Positions 9,220 to 19,037 of a stretch of 64,000 nucleotides of DNA are shown here, in pieces. The DNA comes from Acidimicrobiales bacterium. GTDB lineage: Bacteria > Actinomycetota > Acidimicrobiia > Acidimicrobiales > AC-9. Where the stretch lies: contig DASXCO010000094.1 of assembly GCA_036491125.1 (NCBI GenBank), positions 309 to 64,308 on the forward strand, in the 5' to 3' direction. The notes below the pieces were generated by a model. The model made no database searches and was not told the DNA's origin. It saw only the letters and a list, made by a program, of their open reading frames with translations. Both the position numbers and the translations under genes were made by a program. Every line of letters starts with the position of its first letter. The first letter of the stretch is position 1.

Positions 9220-10290
9220 CTACGGGGCTCCCCGCGCGACCGACCACAGCGTGCCGTACGCCGCCTCGAGCTCGCCACGCGCCACCCGCTCGGTCGCCGT
9301 GTGGGCCAGCGTCGAATCGCCCGGTCCGAAGTTTGTCGCCGGCACGCCGAGAGCGCTGAAGAAGGCGACGTCGGTCCAGCCCAACTTGGCCCGCGGTGGT
9401 ATCCCCGACCGCTCGACCAGCCCAGACAGCAGGGGATGATCGAGGGCGGGTGGCGCCGGGTGGGAGACGGACTCCAGCTCGATGGTGTCGCCGGCGGCGG
9501 TGTCAAGGGCGGGGGCCAGCAGTTCGCGCAACGAGGAGAACGCGGCCTCGGCGTCGCGGTCGGGCGCGAAGCGATGGTTGAGCACGACCCGGGCTCGATC
9601 CGGGACCACGTTGTGGGCGACCGATCCCTCGACGCCGACGCTCTGGAGCGACTCCCGAAACTCGCACCCGTCGATCACGGGCCGGCGGTCCTCGTACCCG
9701 GCGACGAGGGTCAGCACCGGCGCCAGACGATGGACGGCGTTCACTCCCATCCACGGTCGAGCGGTGTGGGCGCGCTCCCCCACGAGCGTCACGGCGACCC
9801 GCATCGTGCCCTGGCAGCCCGCCTCGACGCGGCCGCCCGTTGGTTCGGCGAGGACCGCCGCGTCGCCAGCGAGCAGGCCCGGACGCTCGGCCCGTAGCAG
9901 GCTCAGCCCGTTGTGGCGCTGGTCCACCTCCTCGCACTCGTACAGCACGTAGGTCAGGTCCACGACGGGATCGGGCTCGCTGATCGCCAGCTCGCACAGC
10001 ACGGCCAGGCCGCCCTTCATGTCGGTCGCGCCCAGCCCCCACAGGGTGTCACCCTCTACGCGGGCGCCCTCGTTGCCGTTGGGCGGCACGGTGTCGAGGT
10101 GACCGGCGAGGAGCAGCCGTTGGGCACGGCCCAGCTGGGTCCGAGCCACCACCGTGTTGGCTACCCGATCGACCTGCAGCCAGGGCGCTGCCTTGAGCAA
10201 CGTCTCGACGCGGTCAGCGATGGCGCCCTCGTGGTGGCTGACCGAGGGGATGTCGACCAGCTCGGCGCTGCGGGCCAGGAGGTCCCTCAC
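9220..10290 (-). CDS. dapE: Succinyl-diaminopimelate desuccinylase (M20 peptidase)
   Basis: ORF trimmed to the GTG at 10290 (GTGA overlap with the dapD stop). Contains IPSVSHHE...LLLAGHLDTVP...GLGATDMKGG. Confidence 0.85.
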   Translation of the reverse strand: MRDLLARSAELVDIPSVSHHEGAIADRVETLLKAAPWLQVDRVANTVVARTQLGRAQRLLLAGHLDTVPPNGNEGARVEGDTLWGLGATDMKGGLAVLCELAISEPDPVVDLTYVLYECEEVDQRHNGLSLLRAERPGLLAGDAAVLAEPTGGRVEAGCQGTMRVAVTLVGERAHTARPWMGVNAVHRLAPVLTLVAGYEDRRPVIDGCEFRESLQSVGVEGSVAHNVVPDRARVVLNHRFAPDRDAEAAFSSLRELLAPALDTAAGDTIELESVSHPAPPALDHPLLSGLVERSGIPPRAKLGWTDVAFFSALGVPATNFGPGDSTLAHTATERVARGELEAAYGTLWSVARGAP

Positions 10291-11111
10291 ACCGAGGTCC
10301 CGTGATCCCGCAGCACCTCGTTGAGCCGGGACTTGTCGTGTCGTTCCCCCTCGGTGAGCCGCTTGATCACCAGCACGCACGGGACGAAGAACTCCCCTCC
10401 CGGGTACTGTCGACGCCGGGACGCGCTGATGGCGACGCACCACGGGGGAATGATGCCGCGGCTCACCTCGGCGCCGGTCTCGGCGTCGACCACCGGAACC
10501 GACGGATTGACGATCACGCCCGAGCCCACCACGGCACCCTCACCGACCCGGGCGCCCTCGGTGACCATGCAGCGGCTGCCCACGAACGCCTCGTCCTCCA
10601 CGATCACCGGGGCCGCCTGCGCCGGCTCGAGCACGCCGCCGATGCCCACCCCTCCCGACAGGTGCACGTTGGTACCGATCTGGGCGCACGAGCCCACCGT
10701 GGCCCACGTGTCGACCATGGTGCCGGCTCCCACCCGGGAGCCGATGTTCACGTAGCTCGGCATGAGTACCACGCCCCGGTCGAGGAACGATCCCCATCGC
10801 GCCGATGCGCCGGGTACGACTCGCACCCCGGCAGCTGCGAAGCGTCCCTTCAAGGGGATCCGGTCGGCGTACTCGAAGGGCCCGAGCTCGATGGTCTCCA
10901 TGGCCGACAGGCGGAAGAGGAGCAGGATGGCCCGCTTCAGCCACTGGTGGACGACCACCTCGCCGTCACCTGCGACCTCGGCGACCCGAGCCTCGCCGGT
11001 GTCGAGCAGGTCGACGGCCTGGCGCACGGTCGCCTGGGCATCCCCGTCATCCGGGCCCAGCGAGTCCCGGCGTTCCCACAGGTCGTCGATGTTGGCTTGG
11101 AGATCCGCCAT
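10287..11111 (-). CDS. dapD: 2,3,4,5-tetrahydropyridine-2,6-dicarboxylate N-succinyltransferase
   Basis: Hexapeptide-repeat region MPSYVNIGSRVGAGTMVDTWATVGSCAQIG. Adjacent to dapE and dapC. Confidence 0.9.
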   Translation of the reverse strand: MADLQANIDDLWERRDSLGPDDGDAQATVRQAVDLLDTGEARVAEVAGDGEVVVHQWLKRAILLLFRLSAMETIELGPFEYADRIPLKGRFAAAGVRVVPGASARWGSFLDRGVVLMPSYVNIGSRVGAGTMVDTWATVGSCAQIGTNVHLSGGVGIGGVLEPAQAAPVIVEDEAFVGSRCMVTEGARVGEGAVVGSGVIVNPSVPVVDAETGAEVSRGIIPPWCVAISASRRRQYPGGEFFVPCVLVIKRLTEGERHDKSRLNEVLRDHGTSV

Positions 11112-11156
11112 GGCCGCGACCCTACTCAGCGGTGCTGCGCCCGCTCCGCGTGCTGG

Positions 11157-12287
11157 TCACCCGACGCCGAGGCGACGGGCCACCAGGTCGAGGCGCTCCA
11201 TGGGCTGCACCAGCGCCACCCGCACGTGACCCGCGCCCTGCGACCCGTACAGGTCACCGGGACTGACCAGCGCGCCCCCGTCGGCCGCCAGCCGCTCGGT
11301 GAACGCCCACGAACGTGCCGCCGGGTCGTCTTCCTCCCCCGGGGCCGGTGCCCACAGGTAGAGCCCACCAGCCGGGCGCGACACGGCGACCCCGATGGCA
11401 GCCAGTATCGACCGAAAGCCCGCCAGGCGCTCCCGATACCGCTCCCGCTGCTCGGACGCGTGGTCGTCGTCGTCGAGGGCGAGCGCAGCAGCCACCTGGA
11501 CGGGCCCCGCCACCAGCATCCCGGCGTGCTTGCGCACCTCCGACAGGTAGTGCACCAGCGCCAGGTCGCCGGCGTAGAAGCCGACCCGGAGGCCGGCCAG
11601 GTTCGAGCGCTTCGACAGGGAGTGGACCGCGATCACCCCGTCGAGCCCGTCCTCGAGGATGGTCCGTGGTCGGCCTTCCCACGTGAGCTCGGCGTAGCAC
11701 TCGTCGCTGAGCACGGGCACTCCCCTCGCCCGTCCCCACGCCGCCGCCGCCGCCAGGTCGTGCAACGCCCCCGTGGGGTTCGCCGGGCTGTTGACCCACA
11801 GGGCCAGGGCGCGATCGGCGTCAGCGTCGTCGATGGCGCTCAGGTCGAGGTGCCAGCCCTCGTCGACGGGAACCGCCACCGACCGACAGCCGGCCAGGAC
11901 CGCTCCCATCTCGTAGGTGGGGTAGGCGACGCCCGGATGCAGCACGGTGTCGCGGCTCGGGCTCCGCAGCCGCAACCACTGGGGCAGGGTGGCGACCAGC
12001 TCCTTCGTCCCGACACAGGCGGCGACCGCCTCGACGGGAACGTCGACCCCGAACCGCCTGGCCACCCAGTTCCTCGCCGCCTCCCGGTACCTCGGGCTGC
12101 CCACCGACATCGGGTAGCCCCGCTCGGTCCCCGACGAGGACAGGGCGGCCACCGCGGCCGGCGGCGGCGGGTCGCCGGGCGTGCCGACGGACAGGTCGAC
12201 GAGCCCGCCCTCGTGGGCGTCGGCCTTCGCTCGGGCGCCGGCGAGCCGCTCGTAGGGGTACACCGGGGGCTGGAACCCCTCGCTCAC
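11157..12287 (-). CDS. dapC: Succinyldiaminopimelate aminotransferase (class I PLP aminotransferase)
   Basis: PVYPYERLA...DLSVGTP N-terminus and SLSKRSNLAGLRVG PLP-lysine motif. GTGA overlap with the hflX stop. Confidence 0.8.
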   Translation of the reverse strand: MSEGFQPPVYPYERLAGARAKADAHEGGLVDLSVGTPGDPPPPAAVAALSSSGTERGYPMSVGSPRYREAARNWVARRFGVDVPVEAVAACVGTKELVATLPQWLRLRSPSRDTVLHPGVAYPTYEMGAVLAGCRSVAVPVDEGWHLDLSAIDDADADRALALWVNSPANPTGALHDLAAAAAWGRARGVPVLSDECYAELTWEGRPRTILEDGLDGVIAVHSLSKRSNLAGLRVGFYAGDLALVHYLSEVRKHAGMLVAGPVQVAAALALDDDDHASEQRERYRERLAGFRSILAAIGVAVSRPAGGLYLWAPAPGEEDDPAARSWAFTERLAADGGALVSPGDLYGSQGAGHVRVALVQPMERLDLVARRLGVG

Positions 12288-13567
12288 GAGACCTCGTCCT
12301 GCCGGTCAGGATCGACCACGAACTCGCCGAAGCGACCCGCCTCGGCGGGATCGAGGCGGGCCCGCAGCCGGGTCGCCGACTCCTCGTGCGACTCGACGAG
12401 CACCTCGGCCTCGCGATGAAGGGCGGCGAGGACGTCGCCTCGGCTGTAGGGCACGACGAGCTCGATCGGCCGGGACAGCGAGCGCAGTCGATCACGCACC
12501 GCTGTCAGCAGATCCTCGACGCCGGCGCCGGTGAGCGAGGAGATCGCCACCGATCCTGGGTGCGTTCCCGCCAGCTTGACTGCGGTCGGCGCCACGTCGG
12601 CCTTGTTGAACGCGAGGAGCTCGGGCACGTCGCCGGCACCGATCTCGCGCAGCACCGTCCGCACGGCGTCGATCTGGGCCTCGGGGTCCGGCGCGTCTCC
12701 GTCGACGAGGTGGACGAGGAGATCCGACTCGGACACCACCTCCAGGGTCGAGCGAAAGGCCTCCACCAGCTGGTGCGGCAGCTTGCGCACGAACCCGACC
12801 GTGTCGGAGCACAGCACCTGCTCGCCCCCGGGCAGCTCCAGGCGGCGGGTGCGGGGATCGAGGGTGGCGAACAGGCGGTCCTCGACCAACACCCCCGCAT
12901 CCGTGAGCCGGTTGAGCAGGGTGGACTTGCCGGCGTTGGTGTAGCCCACCAGGGAGATCGAGCGCCGGCGGGACCGCTGGCGGGATCGACGCTGCGTGCG
13001 GCGGGTCCGCGAGAGCTGCCGGAGGTCGGCTTCGAGTCGGGTCATCCGGCGCACGAGACGACGGCGGTCCACCTCGAGCTGCGTCTCGCCGGGGCCTCGG
13101 GTACCGATCCCGCCGGCCTGCTGGCTGAGCGCCTTTCCCTTGCCTCGCAGCCTCGGCAGCCGGTAGCGCAGCAGCGCCAGCTCGACCTGGGCCTTGCCCT
13201 CCTGGGTGTGGGCGTTCTGGGCGAAGATGTCGAGTATCACCGCGGTGCGGTCGATCGCCGTCCGGCCGAGGATGCGCTCGAGGTTGCGCTGCTGCGCGGG
13301 GGTGAGCTCGTCGTCGAACACGACGGTGTCGGCGTCGACGGTCTCCGACAGCCGGTGGAGCTCGGCCGCCTTGCCCTTGCCCACGTAGGTCGCCGGGTCC
13401 GGGGCGTCGCGTCGCTGGAGGACCCGCGCCGCCTCGTCGGCGCCGGCCGTATCGACGAGCAGCGCCAGCTCGTCCAGGCTGGCCTCGGCCTCGGCCACCC
13501 CGGTCGGAGGCATGGCCACACCCACCATCACGATCCGCTCCCTGAAGGCGCGCTCGATGAGGCTCAA
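12284..13567 (-). CDS. hflX: GTPase HflX
   Basis: ORF 12284..14218 trimmed to the TTG at 13567 (TTGA overlap with the dapF stop). Contains the HflX N-domain (DRTAVILDIFAQNAHTQEGKAQVELALL) and G1 motif GYTNAGKSTL. The start is the least certain part. Confidence 0.85.
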   Translation of the reverse strand: MSLIERAFRERIVMVGVAMPPTGVAEAEASLDELALLVDTAGADEAARVLQRRDAPDPATYVGKGKAAELHRLSETVDADTVVFDDELTPAQQRNLERILGRTAIDRTAVILDIFAQNAHTQEGKAQVELALLRYRLPRLRGKGKALSQQAGGIGTRGPGETQLEVDRRRLVRRMTRLEADLRQLSRTRRTQRRSRQRSRRRSISLVGYTNAGKSTLLNRLTDAGVLVEDRLFATLDPRTRRLELPGGEQVLCSDTVGFVRKLPHQLVEAFRSTLEVVSESDLLVHLVDGDAPDPEAQIDAVRTVLREIGAGDVPELLAFNKADVAPTAVKLAGTHPGSVAISSLTGAGVEDLLTAVRDRLRSLSRPIELVVPYSRGDVLAALHREAEVLVESHEESATRLRARLDPAEAGRFGEFVVDPDRQDEVS

Positions 13568-14406
13568 GGAACCTCCACCTCGACGGTGCAGATGCGCCGC
13601 ACCGGACTGGCCAGCACGACGCCGAGACCGTTCACACCGACCTCGAGCGTGCCTCCCGGGTTGTGCACCAGCACCTGGTCGCCAACCACTCCCCACGACC
13701 TGGCCGCGGCCGCCGCCGCGCAACTTCCCGTGCCGCACGCCAGCGTCTCGCCCACCCCCCGCTCCCAGACCCGCAGGACCAGCTCGCCAGGGCCCGGACC
13801 GGGGGCGACGAGCTCGACGTTGATGCCGCCGGGGTAGGCGTCCTGGGCCTCCCATCCGGTGCGGGCCATGTCGATCTTCTCGAGATCGGGGCCGTCGAGA
13901 TCGGGGCCGAGCAGCACCAAGTGGGGGTTGCCGACGCTCACTGTGCGCGCCCGCCAGCTCCCGTCGGGAAGCAGCTTCTCGACGGTCCCATCGGGCTCTT
14001 CCTCCCCCAGCTCCGCCTCGCCCATGTCGACGCTCACCTGCATCGTTCCCGCCCGCTCGCTCGGGCCGACCGTCACCGTTCGGGGACCCGCGAGGGTGCG
14101 GATGACGAACGCGGGCCCCGACGCCACGCCCGCGTCCACCGCCGCCTGGGCCAGGCATCGGACACCGTTCCCACTCATCTCGGCGATGCCGCCGTCGGCG
14201 TTGCGGAGCTCCATGCACAGCGCAGCGCCGTCGTCACCGGGCTCGGCCAGCGTGGCCCGGATCGCCCCGTCGGCGCCCACACCGCGGCGGCGATCGCACA
14301 GTTGCCGAGCTGTCGCGGAGTCAAGCGGGTGGCGGTCATCGGGATCCAACAGCACGAGGAAGTCGTTGCCCCGGCCGTGGTGCTTGGTCAGGCGGAGGAC
14401 AGGCAT
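13564..14406 (-). CDS. dapF: Diaminopimelate epimerase
   Basis: HGRGNDFLVL, SGNGVRC and ACGTGSCAAA catalytic-cysteine motifs. Confidence 0.9.
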   Translation of the reverse strand: MPVLRLTKHHGRGNDFLVLLDPDDRHPLDSATARQLCDRRRGVGADGAIRATLAEPGDDGAALCMELRNADGGIAEMSGNGVRCLAQAAVDAGVASGPAFVIRTLAGPRTVTVGPSERAGTMQVSVDMGEAELGEEEPDGTVEKLLPDGSWRARTVSVGNPHLVLLGPDLDGPDLEKIDMARTGWEAQDAYPGGINVELVAPGPGPGELVLRVWERGVGETLACGTGSCAAAAAARSWGVVGDQVLVHNPGGTLEVGVNGLGVVLASPVRRICTVEVEVP

Positions 14407-15356
14407 CCGATCCAGTTTCCCAGCAGGGTGGGCACAGCGGCGAGCGGATTGGCGTGACCACCTGGATCGACGGGGTCGATCCAGGTGATGCGCGGATCGC
14501 GCCGGAACCAGGCCCGCTGCCGGCGGGCGAACGACCGCGTCCGGCGGATGCCGTCGGCCGTCGCCTCATCCAGCGGCACGCCCTGTTCCACGTGGGCGAG
14601 CAGCTCGCGGTAGCCGAGGGCCTGGCGAGCCGTCCGGGACAGCCCAGGCCCGCTGCTGGCCAGCCCGCGCACCTCGTCGAGGAACCCGGCCCCCAGCTGG
14701 GCCAGGAACCGCTCTTCGATGCGCCTGGCCACCTCCCGTGGCGACAGGCGCAGCCCGACCAGCTGGAACCGTGAGGCGGCATAGGTGGCGAGTCCCGGTC
14801 CGAAGGAGGAGAAGCGTCGTCCGCTCCCGAGGGTCACCTCCAGCGCCCGCACGACCCGCCGGCGGTTCGACGGCCGCATCCGACCCGCCGCCACGGGATC
14901 GAGGTCATTCAGGCGGGCGTGCAGGGTGCCGACGCCACCCGGGCGGTCGGCCTCGGCTTCCAGCCCGGCAGCGACCTCGGGCCACCGGCCCGGCAGCTCG
15001 AGCTCGTCGACCACGGCCTGGAGGTACAGGCCGGTGCCGCCGACGAGCAGGGCCCTGTGACCCCTCGCCTCGATGCCATCCAGGACAGCGCGGGCATCGG
15101 CCTGGAACCGGCTCACCGAGTAGTCCTCCGACGGGTCGGCCAGGTCGAGGAGGTGGTGAGGCACCTCGGCCCGCTGGGCGGGTGTGGGCTTGGCGGTCCC
15201 GATATCCATGCCGCGGTACACGCACATCGAGTCGACCGACACGAGCTCGACGTCGGGCCGGCGCCGGGCGATCTCGAACGCCACCGCTGACTTGCCGGAG
15301 GCCGTCGTGCCCACAAGGGCCAGGTGCCGGCTCGTCGGCTCGGGCGCCGCTGTCAT
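14388..15356 (-). CDS. miaA: tRNA dimethylallyltransferase
   Basis: LALVGTTASGKSAVA P-loop and VDSMCVYRGMDIGTAKP. ATG at 15356 chosen; an alternative start is at 15380. Confidence 0.88.
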   Translation of the reverse strand: MTAAPEPTSRHLALVGTTASGKSAVAFEIARRRPDVELVSVDSMCVYRGMDIGTAKPTPAQRAEVPHHLLDLADPSEDYSVSRFQADARAVLDGIEARGHRALLVGGTGLYLQAVVDELELPGRWPEVAAGLEAEADRPGGVGTLHARLNDLDPVAAGRMRPSNRRRVVRALEVTLGSGRRFSSFGPGLATYAASRFQLVGLRLSPREVARRIEERFLAQLGAGFLDEVRGLASSGPGLSRTARQALGYRELLAHVEQGVPLDEATADGIRRTRSFARRQRAWFRRDPRITWIDPVDPGGHANPLAAVPTLLGNWIGCLSSA

Positions 15357-16983
15357 GTCGGATCCCAACCTACCCGCCACCGTCGGATCGGGTGCGACCG
15401 AGGGCTCCGCCGCGTGTCACCATGACGCGGTGCAGTCCGATCAGACCCTCCAGATCAAGCCCGGCACCAGCTGGTCCGAGGTCTACGACCGCTGTCGGAC
15501 CATCGCTCCCGAGGCGTTCGGTCCCGACGGGGTCCGCAACCTCTGGGGAGGCGAGTGGCGTGAGAGCGGCACCGCCCTCCGCTCGGTGTCGTCCATCGAC
15601 GGCACCGCCATCGCGGGGCCGCCGATGCTCGAGCCCGAGGAGGCCGAAGAGGCCCTGCGGGCGGCGGTGGCCGACCACCGGGCATGGGCCGTCGTCCCCC
15701 TCGACGAGCGGCGACAGCGGGTCAGCGCCGCCGTCGAGGCGCTCGAGGCCCACCGCGAGCTCCTCGCCCTGCTGCTCGTGTGGGAGGTCGGCAAGCCCTT
15801 CCGGCAGTCGATGGTCGAGGTGGACCGCACGATCTCCGGCGTGACCTGGTACGTCGACAACATCGCGCCCATGCTCGAAGGACGTCGGCCACTCTACGGA
15901 CCGGTATCCAACATCGCCTCGTGGAACTATCCGCTCTCGGTGCTGGTGCACGCCATGTTCGTCCAGGCCCTGGCGGGCAACGCCTGCATCGCCAAGGCGC
16001 CGACCGACGGGGGCGTCTCGACCCTCACCCTGGCCCTGGCCCTGGCCCGGCGGGCAGGGCTGCCCGTGACCCTGGTGAGCGGGTCCGGCGGTCTGCTCTC
16101 TCCCGTGCTGGTGCGGTCCCCCGAGATCGGGTGCCTTGCCTTCGTCGGGGGCCGGGAAGCGGGCGGACAGATCGTCTCCGAGCTGGTCCGCACCGACAAG
16201 CGCCACATGCTGGAGCAGGAGGGGCTCAACGCCTGGGGCATCTGGCAGTTCTCCGACTGGGAGGGCCTCGCTGTCCACCTGCGCAAGGGCTTCGAGTACG
16301 CCAAGCAGCGGTGCACCGCCTACCCCCGCTACGTCGTCCAGCGGTCGCACTTCGACGAGTTCCTCGCCACCCTCCTGCCGGTGCTGGACTCCCTCGAGTT
16401 CGGCAATCCCCTGGCCGTGAGCGATGCTGACGACCCCCTTCCCGACCTCGACTTCGGCCCGCTCATCACCGCCGGCAAGGCGACCGAGCTGGCCGCCGAC
16501 GTGGAGGAGGCCATCGACCGAGGGGGTGTCCCGCTGTACCGAGGGTCCACCGCCCGGGCCCACTTCGTCGAGGGTCAGGACACCTCGGCCTACGTGCCGC
16601 CGGTCGCCATCTTCGACCCCCCGCGGAGCTCGGCCCTGTACCACGCCGAGCCCTTCGGGCCCATCGACACACTGGTGGTCGTGGACACCCAAGCCGAGCT
16701 GCTGGCGGCGATGAACGTCTCCAACGGGGCCCTCGTGGCCTCGATCGCCTGCGACGACGCCGAGGTCGCCAACAAGCTGGCGGCCGAGCTCCAGTCGTTC
16801 AAGGTCGGCGTGAACAAGCCCCGATCCCGGGGCGACCGCGACGAGCCCTTCGGAGGCCGGGGGGCGTCGTGGAAGGGCGCCTTCGTGGGCGGCGAGTACC
16901 TGGTGCAGGCCGTCACCGAGGGCCCACCGGGCGAGCGTCTCTTCGGGCATTTCCCGGACTACCAGCGCTACCCCCCGACCTGA
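15355..16983 (+). CDS. Aldehyde dehydrogenase family protein
   Basis: ORF 15184..16983 shows ALDH-fold similarity, with catalytic-Cys context YAKQRCTAY and LEQEGLNAW. The start is uncertain: ATG at 15355 overlaps the miaA start as CATG, and a later GTG is possible. Confidence 0.7.
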   Translation: MSDPNLPATVGSGATEGSAACHHDAVQSDQTLQIKPGTSWSEVYDRCRTIAPEAFGPDGVRNLWGGEWRESGTALRSVSSIDGTAIAGPPMLEPEEAEEALRAAVADHRAWAVVPLDERRQRVSAAVEALEAHRELLALLLVWEVGKPFRQSMVEVDRTISGVTWYVDNIAPMLEGRRPLYGPVSNIASWNYPLSVLVHAMFVQALAGNACIAKAPTDGGVSTLTLALALARRAGLPVTLVSGSGGLLSPVLVRSPEIGCLAFVGGREAGGQIVSELVRTDKRHMLEQEGLNAWGIWQFSDWEGLAVHLRKGFEYAKQRCTAYPRYVVQRSHFDEFLATLLPVLDSLEFGNPLAVSDADDPLPDLDFGPLITAGKATELAADVEEAIDRGGVPLYRGSTARAHFVEGQDTSAYVPPVAIFDPPRSSALYHAEPFGPIDTLVVVDTQAELLAAMNVSNGALVASIACDDAEVANKLAAELQSFKVGVNKPRSRGDRDEPFGGRGASWKGAFVGGEYLVQAVTEGPPGERLFGHFPDYQRYPPT

Positions 16984-16992
16984 GGGCCGGGC

Positions 16993-17008
16993 CCGGTCAG
17001 CCGGTCAG
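16993..17008. repeat. 8-bp tandem duplication (ccggtcag x2) spanning the miaB stop codon
   Basis: Adjacent identical copies. The second holds the minus-strand TGA at 17005. Confidence 0.65.
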
Positions 17009-18486
17009 CCTGCCGTGACCGGGATGCGGCCCCGCTGGCGAGGTCGGTCACCCACCGACAGCAGCTCGCCGCCGAGGTGATGTGGTGCCGCGGCGGTCAC
17101 GTGCACTAGGGCCGAGGTGCCCGGGCTGGGTGCGGGCTCCGGCGCCGCGAAGTGGACGAGCTTGTTCTGCCTGGTGCGCCCGGAGGTGACGTTCGGATCA
17201 CGCTTGCTCGGCCCCTCGACCAGTACCTCTTCGGTCCGTCCGATCCGTGCCCGGTGCTTGGCGAGCGCCGAGCGCTCGACCACCACCCGCAGCTGGGCGA
17301 AGCGCTCGGCGGCCACCTCCGCCGGCACCGCCTCGTCGGTCATGTCCGCCGCCCGCGTGCCGGGACGGGGCGAGAACAGGAACGTGTAGGCGCTGTCGTA
17401 CTCGGCCTCGGCGACGACCTCGAGGGTGCGATCGAAGTCATCGTCGGTCTCACCGGGGAACCCGACGATGATGTCGGTCGTGACGGCCAGGTCCGGGATT
17501 GCGCTCCGGGCCGCAGCCAGCCGGTCGAGGTACCGACGGGCGGTGTAGCCCCGACGCATGGCGGCGAGTACGCGATCGCTCCCCGACTGCAGGGGCAGGT
17601 GAAGGTGCTCGCAGACGGCGCCCACCTCGGCCATGGCGGCGATGGTCTCGGGCCGGAGATCCTTGGGATGGGGGCTGGTGTAGCGGACCCGCCTGATGCC
17701 GGGAACGGCTCCCACCGCCCGCAGCAGGTCGGCGAACAGGGGACGGGCCCGCGACGCGCCCGCCTCGACCCAGACCTGACCCGCCCGCTGGATCGCGTCA
17801 CTCCCACTGGAGTCTCCGACCGTCGCGCCCGAGCGCAGGGCCGCGGTGATGTCCCGGCCGTAGGAGTTGACGTTCTGGCCGAGGAGGGTTACCTCCACGG
17901 TGCCGGCCCGGGCGAGGTGCTCCACCTCGGCCACCACATCGCCGAACGGTCGGCTCACCTCGCGACCCCGCACGGCGGGCACGATGCAGAAGGCACAGCT
18001 GTTGTCGCAGCCGATCTGGATGGTGACCCAGGCGGCGTGGCCGAGCTGTCGACGGACCGGAAGCGCCGACGGGAACAGCGCGCTGTCGTCGGCCGGTGCC
18101 TCGTCGAGGATCTCCATGACGGGACCCTCGCGCGCTGCCTGGCGGAGCAGTTCGGCCAGCCGGCCCACGTTGTGGGTACCGAAGACCACGTCGACCTGGC
18201 CGGCCCGCTGCTGGACCAGGCCCCGGTCCTTCTGGGCCAGGCAGCCACCGACGGCGATCTGCATGCCCGGTCGGTGGTCGCGCACCGCCTTGAGCTGGCC
18301 GAGGTGCCCGTAGAGCCGGTTGTCCGCGTTCTCTCTGATGCAGCAGGTGTTGAGGACCACGACGTCGGCTTCGCCGACCTCGTCCGTGGGCTCCATGCCC
18401 TCGGTCTCGAGCAGGCCCGCCAGCCGCTCGGAATCGTGCTCGTTCATCTGGCACCCGAAGGTGCGCACGAGGAACTTCCGGGTCAC
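17005..18486 (-). CDS. miaB: tRNA-2-methylthio-N6-dimethylallyladenosine synthase
   Basis: FLVRTFGCQMNEHDSE, radical-SAM CDNSCAFC and a TRAM domain. Confidence 0.92.
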   Translation of the reverse strand: MTRKFLVRTFGCQMNEHDSERLAGLLETEGMEPTDEVGEADVVVLNTCCIRENADNRLYGHLGQLKAVRDHRPGMQIAVGGCLAQKDRGLVQQRAGQVDVVFGTHNVGRLAELLRQAAREGPVMEILDEAPADDSALFPSALPVRRQLGHAAWVTIQIGCDNSCAFCIVPAVRGREVSRPFGDVVAEVEHLARAGTVEVTLLGQNVNSYGRDITAALRSGATVGDSSGSDAIQRAGQVWVEAGASRARPLFADLLRAVGAVPGIRRVRYTSPHPKDLRPETIAAMAEVGAVCEHLHLPLQSGSDRVLAAMRRGYTARRYLDRLAAARSAIPDLAVTTDIIVGFPGETDDDFDRTLEVVAEAEYDSAYTFLFSPRPGTRAADMTDEAVPAEVAAERFAQLRVVVERSALAKHRARIGRTEEVLVEGPSKRDPNVTSGRTRQNKLVHFAAPEPAPSPGTSALVHVTAAAPHHLGGELLSVGDRPRQRGRIPVTAG

Positions 18487-18538
18487 CGGCCCAGAATAGG
18501 GCGCGTTCCCTCCCCTGCCCCCGTTCTGTGCGGGCGCG

Positions 18539-18868
18539 CTACTCCGTCTCTCGCGAGACGGCGTGACCGTGGGCGTCTTCCCCAGCGGGAGGCAGCTGGC
18601 CTACCCCGCCGCGGTGCTCGACGAGCAGCCTGAGGGCGGTGCGGCTCTGCCCATCGATCTCGATGTCGGCAAAGTTCGGCACGCAGATCAGGTCGATGCC
18701 CGACGGGACTACGAAACCCCGAGCGATGGCCATGGCCTTCACGGCCTGATTGAGGGCCCCAGCGCCGACGACCTGCACTTCTACCGCTCCCACTTGCCGC
18801 AGCACGCTGGCCATTGCACCGGCGACAGCATTTGGACTCGATTTGCTCGAGACCTTGAGCACTTCCAT
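18539..18868 (-). CDS. spoVS: SpoVS-like protein (stage V sporulation protein S family) with about 23-aa C-terminal extension
   Basis: ORF trimmed to MEVLKVSSKSSPNAVAGAMASVLRQ...GAGALNQAVKAMAIARGF, which closely resembles B. subtilis SpoVS. A G-rich RBS lies upstream. The N-terminal extension in the track has poor GC3. Confidence 0.8.
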   Translation of the reverse strand: MEVLKVSSKSSPNAVAGAMASVLRQVGAVEVQVVGAGALNQAVKAMAIARGFVVPSGIDLICVPNFADIEIDGQSRTALRLLVEHRGGVGQLPPAGEDAHGHAVSRETE

Positions 18869-18980
18869 GTTGCCCCCAGCTAGGACCCATCGGCGTACGT
18901 CGTGGTTCGGCCACGCGCCATCGTGTGATTCGACGTCGCGGACAAATGTCCCTTCTGTGGCTACCGCCACAAGGGGAGGT

Positions 18981-19017
18981 GGCCGGCCGTCGCTCGGGGG
19001 GGAGAGCGACGGCCGGC
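18981..19017 (-). terminator. 15-bp perfect stem hairpin downstream of recA (GGCCGGCCGTCGCTC-ggggggA-GAGCGACGGCCGGCC)
   Basis: Perfect inverted repeat 21 nt after the recA stop. The U-tract is weak, so intrinsic termination is inferred only. Confidence 0.6.
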
Positions 19018-19037
19018 CCTGGAAGATCCCTAGTCGG

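Noticed and set aside
10302-12419. Very long track ORFs on the opposite strand or out of frame with recognised genes. Examples: 10302..12419 +, 15370..16950 -, 17152..18633 +, 21570..23237 +, 35701..37698 +, 45453..47165 +, 52595..54331 -, 48811..50106 +.
   Set aside because: Their translations are Arg/Pro/Gly/Ala-rich low-complexity strings with no motifs. They fully overlap ORFs with clear family signatures and high GC3. They are the shadow ORFs expected in about 70% GC DNA.
15354-15357. miaA and the aldehyde dehydrogenase starting back-to-back on a shared CATG, read as a meaningful regulatory overlap.
   Set aside because: The ALDH start is not established; a downstream GTG near 15430 is possible. 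A zero-length divergent promoter region is implausible, so this is treated as annotation uncertainty rather than a finding.
18869-18970. A longer 143-aa SpoVS ORF starting at 18970.
   Set aside because: The extra 34 codons have poor GC3 and no similarity to SpoVS. The conserved protein starts at MEVLKV, behind a G-rich RBS.
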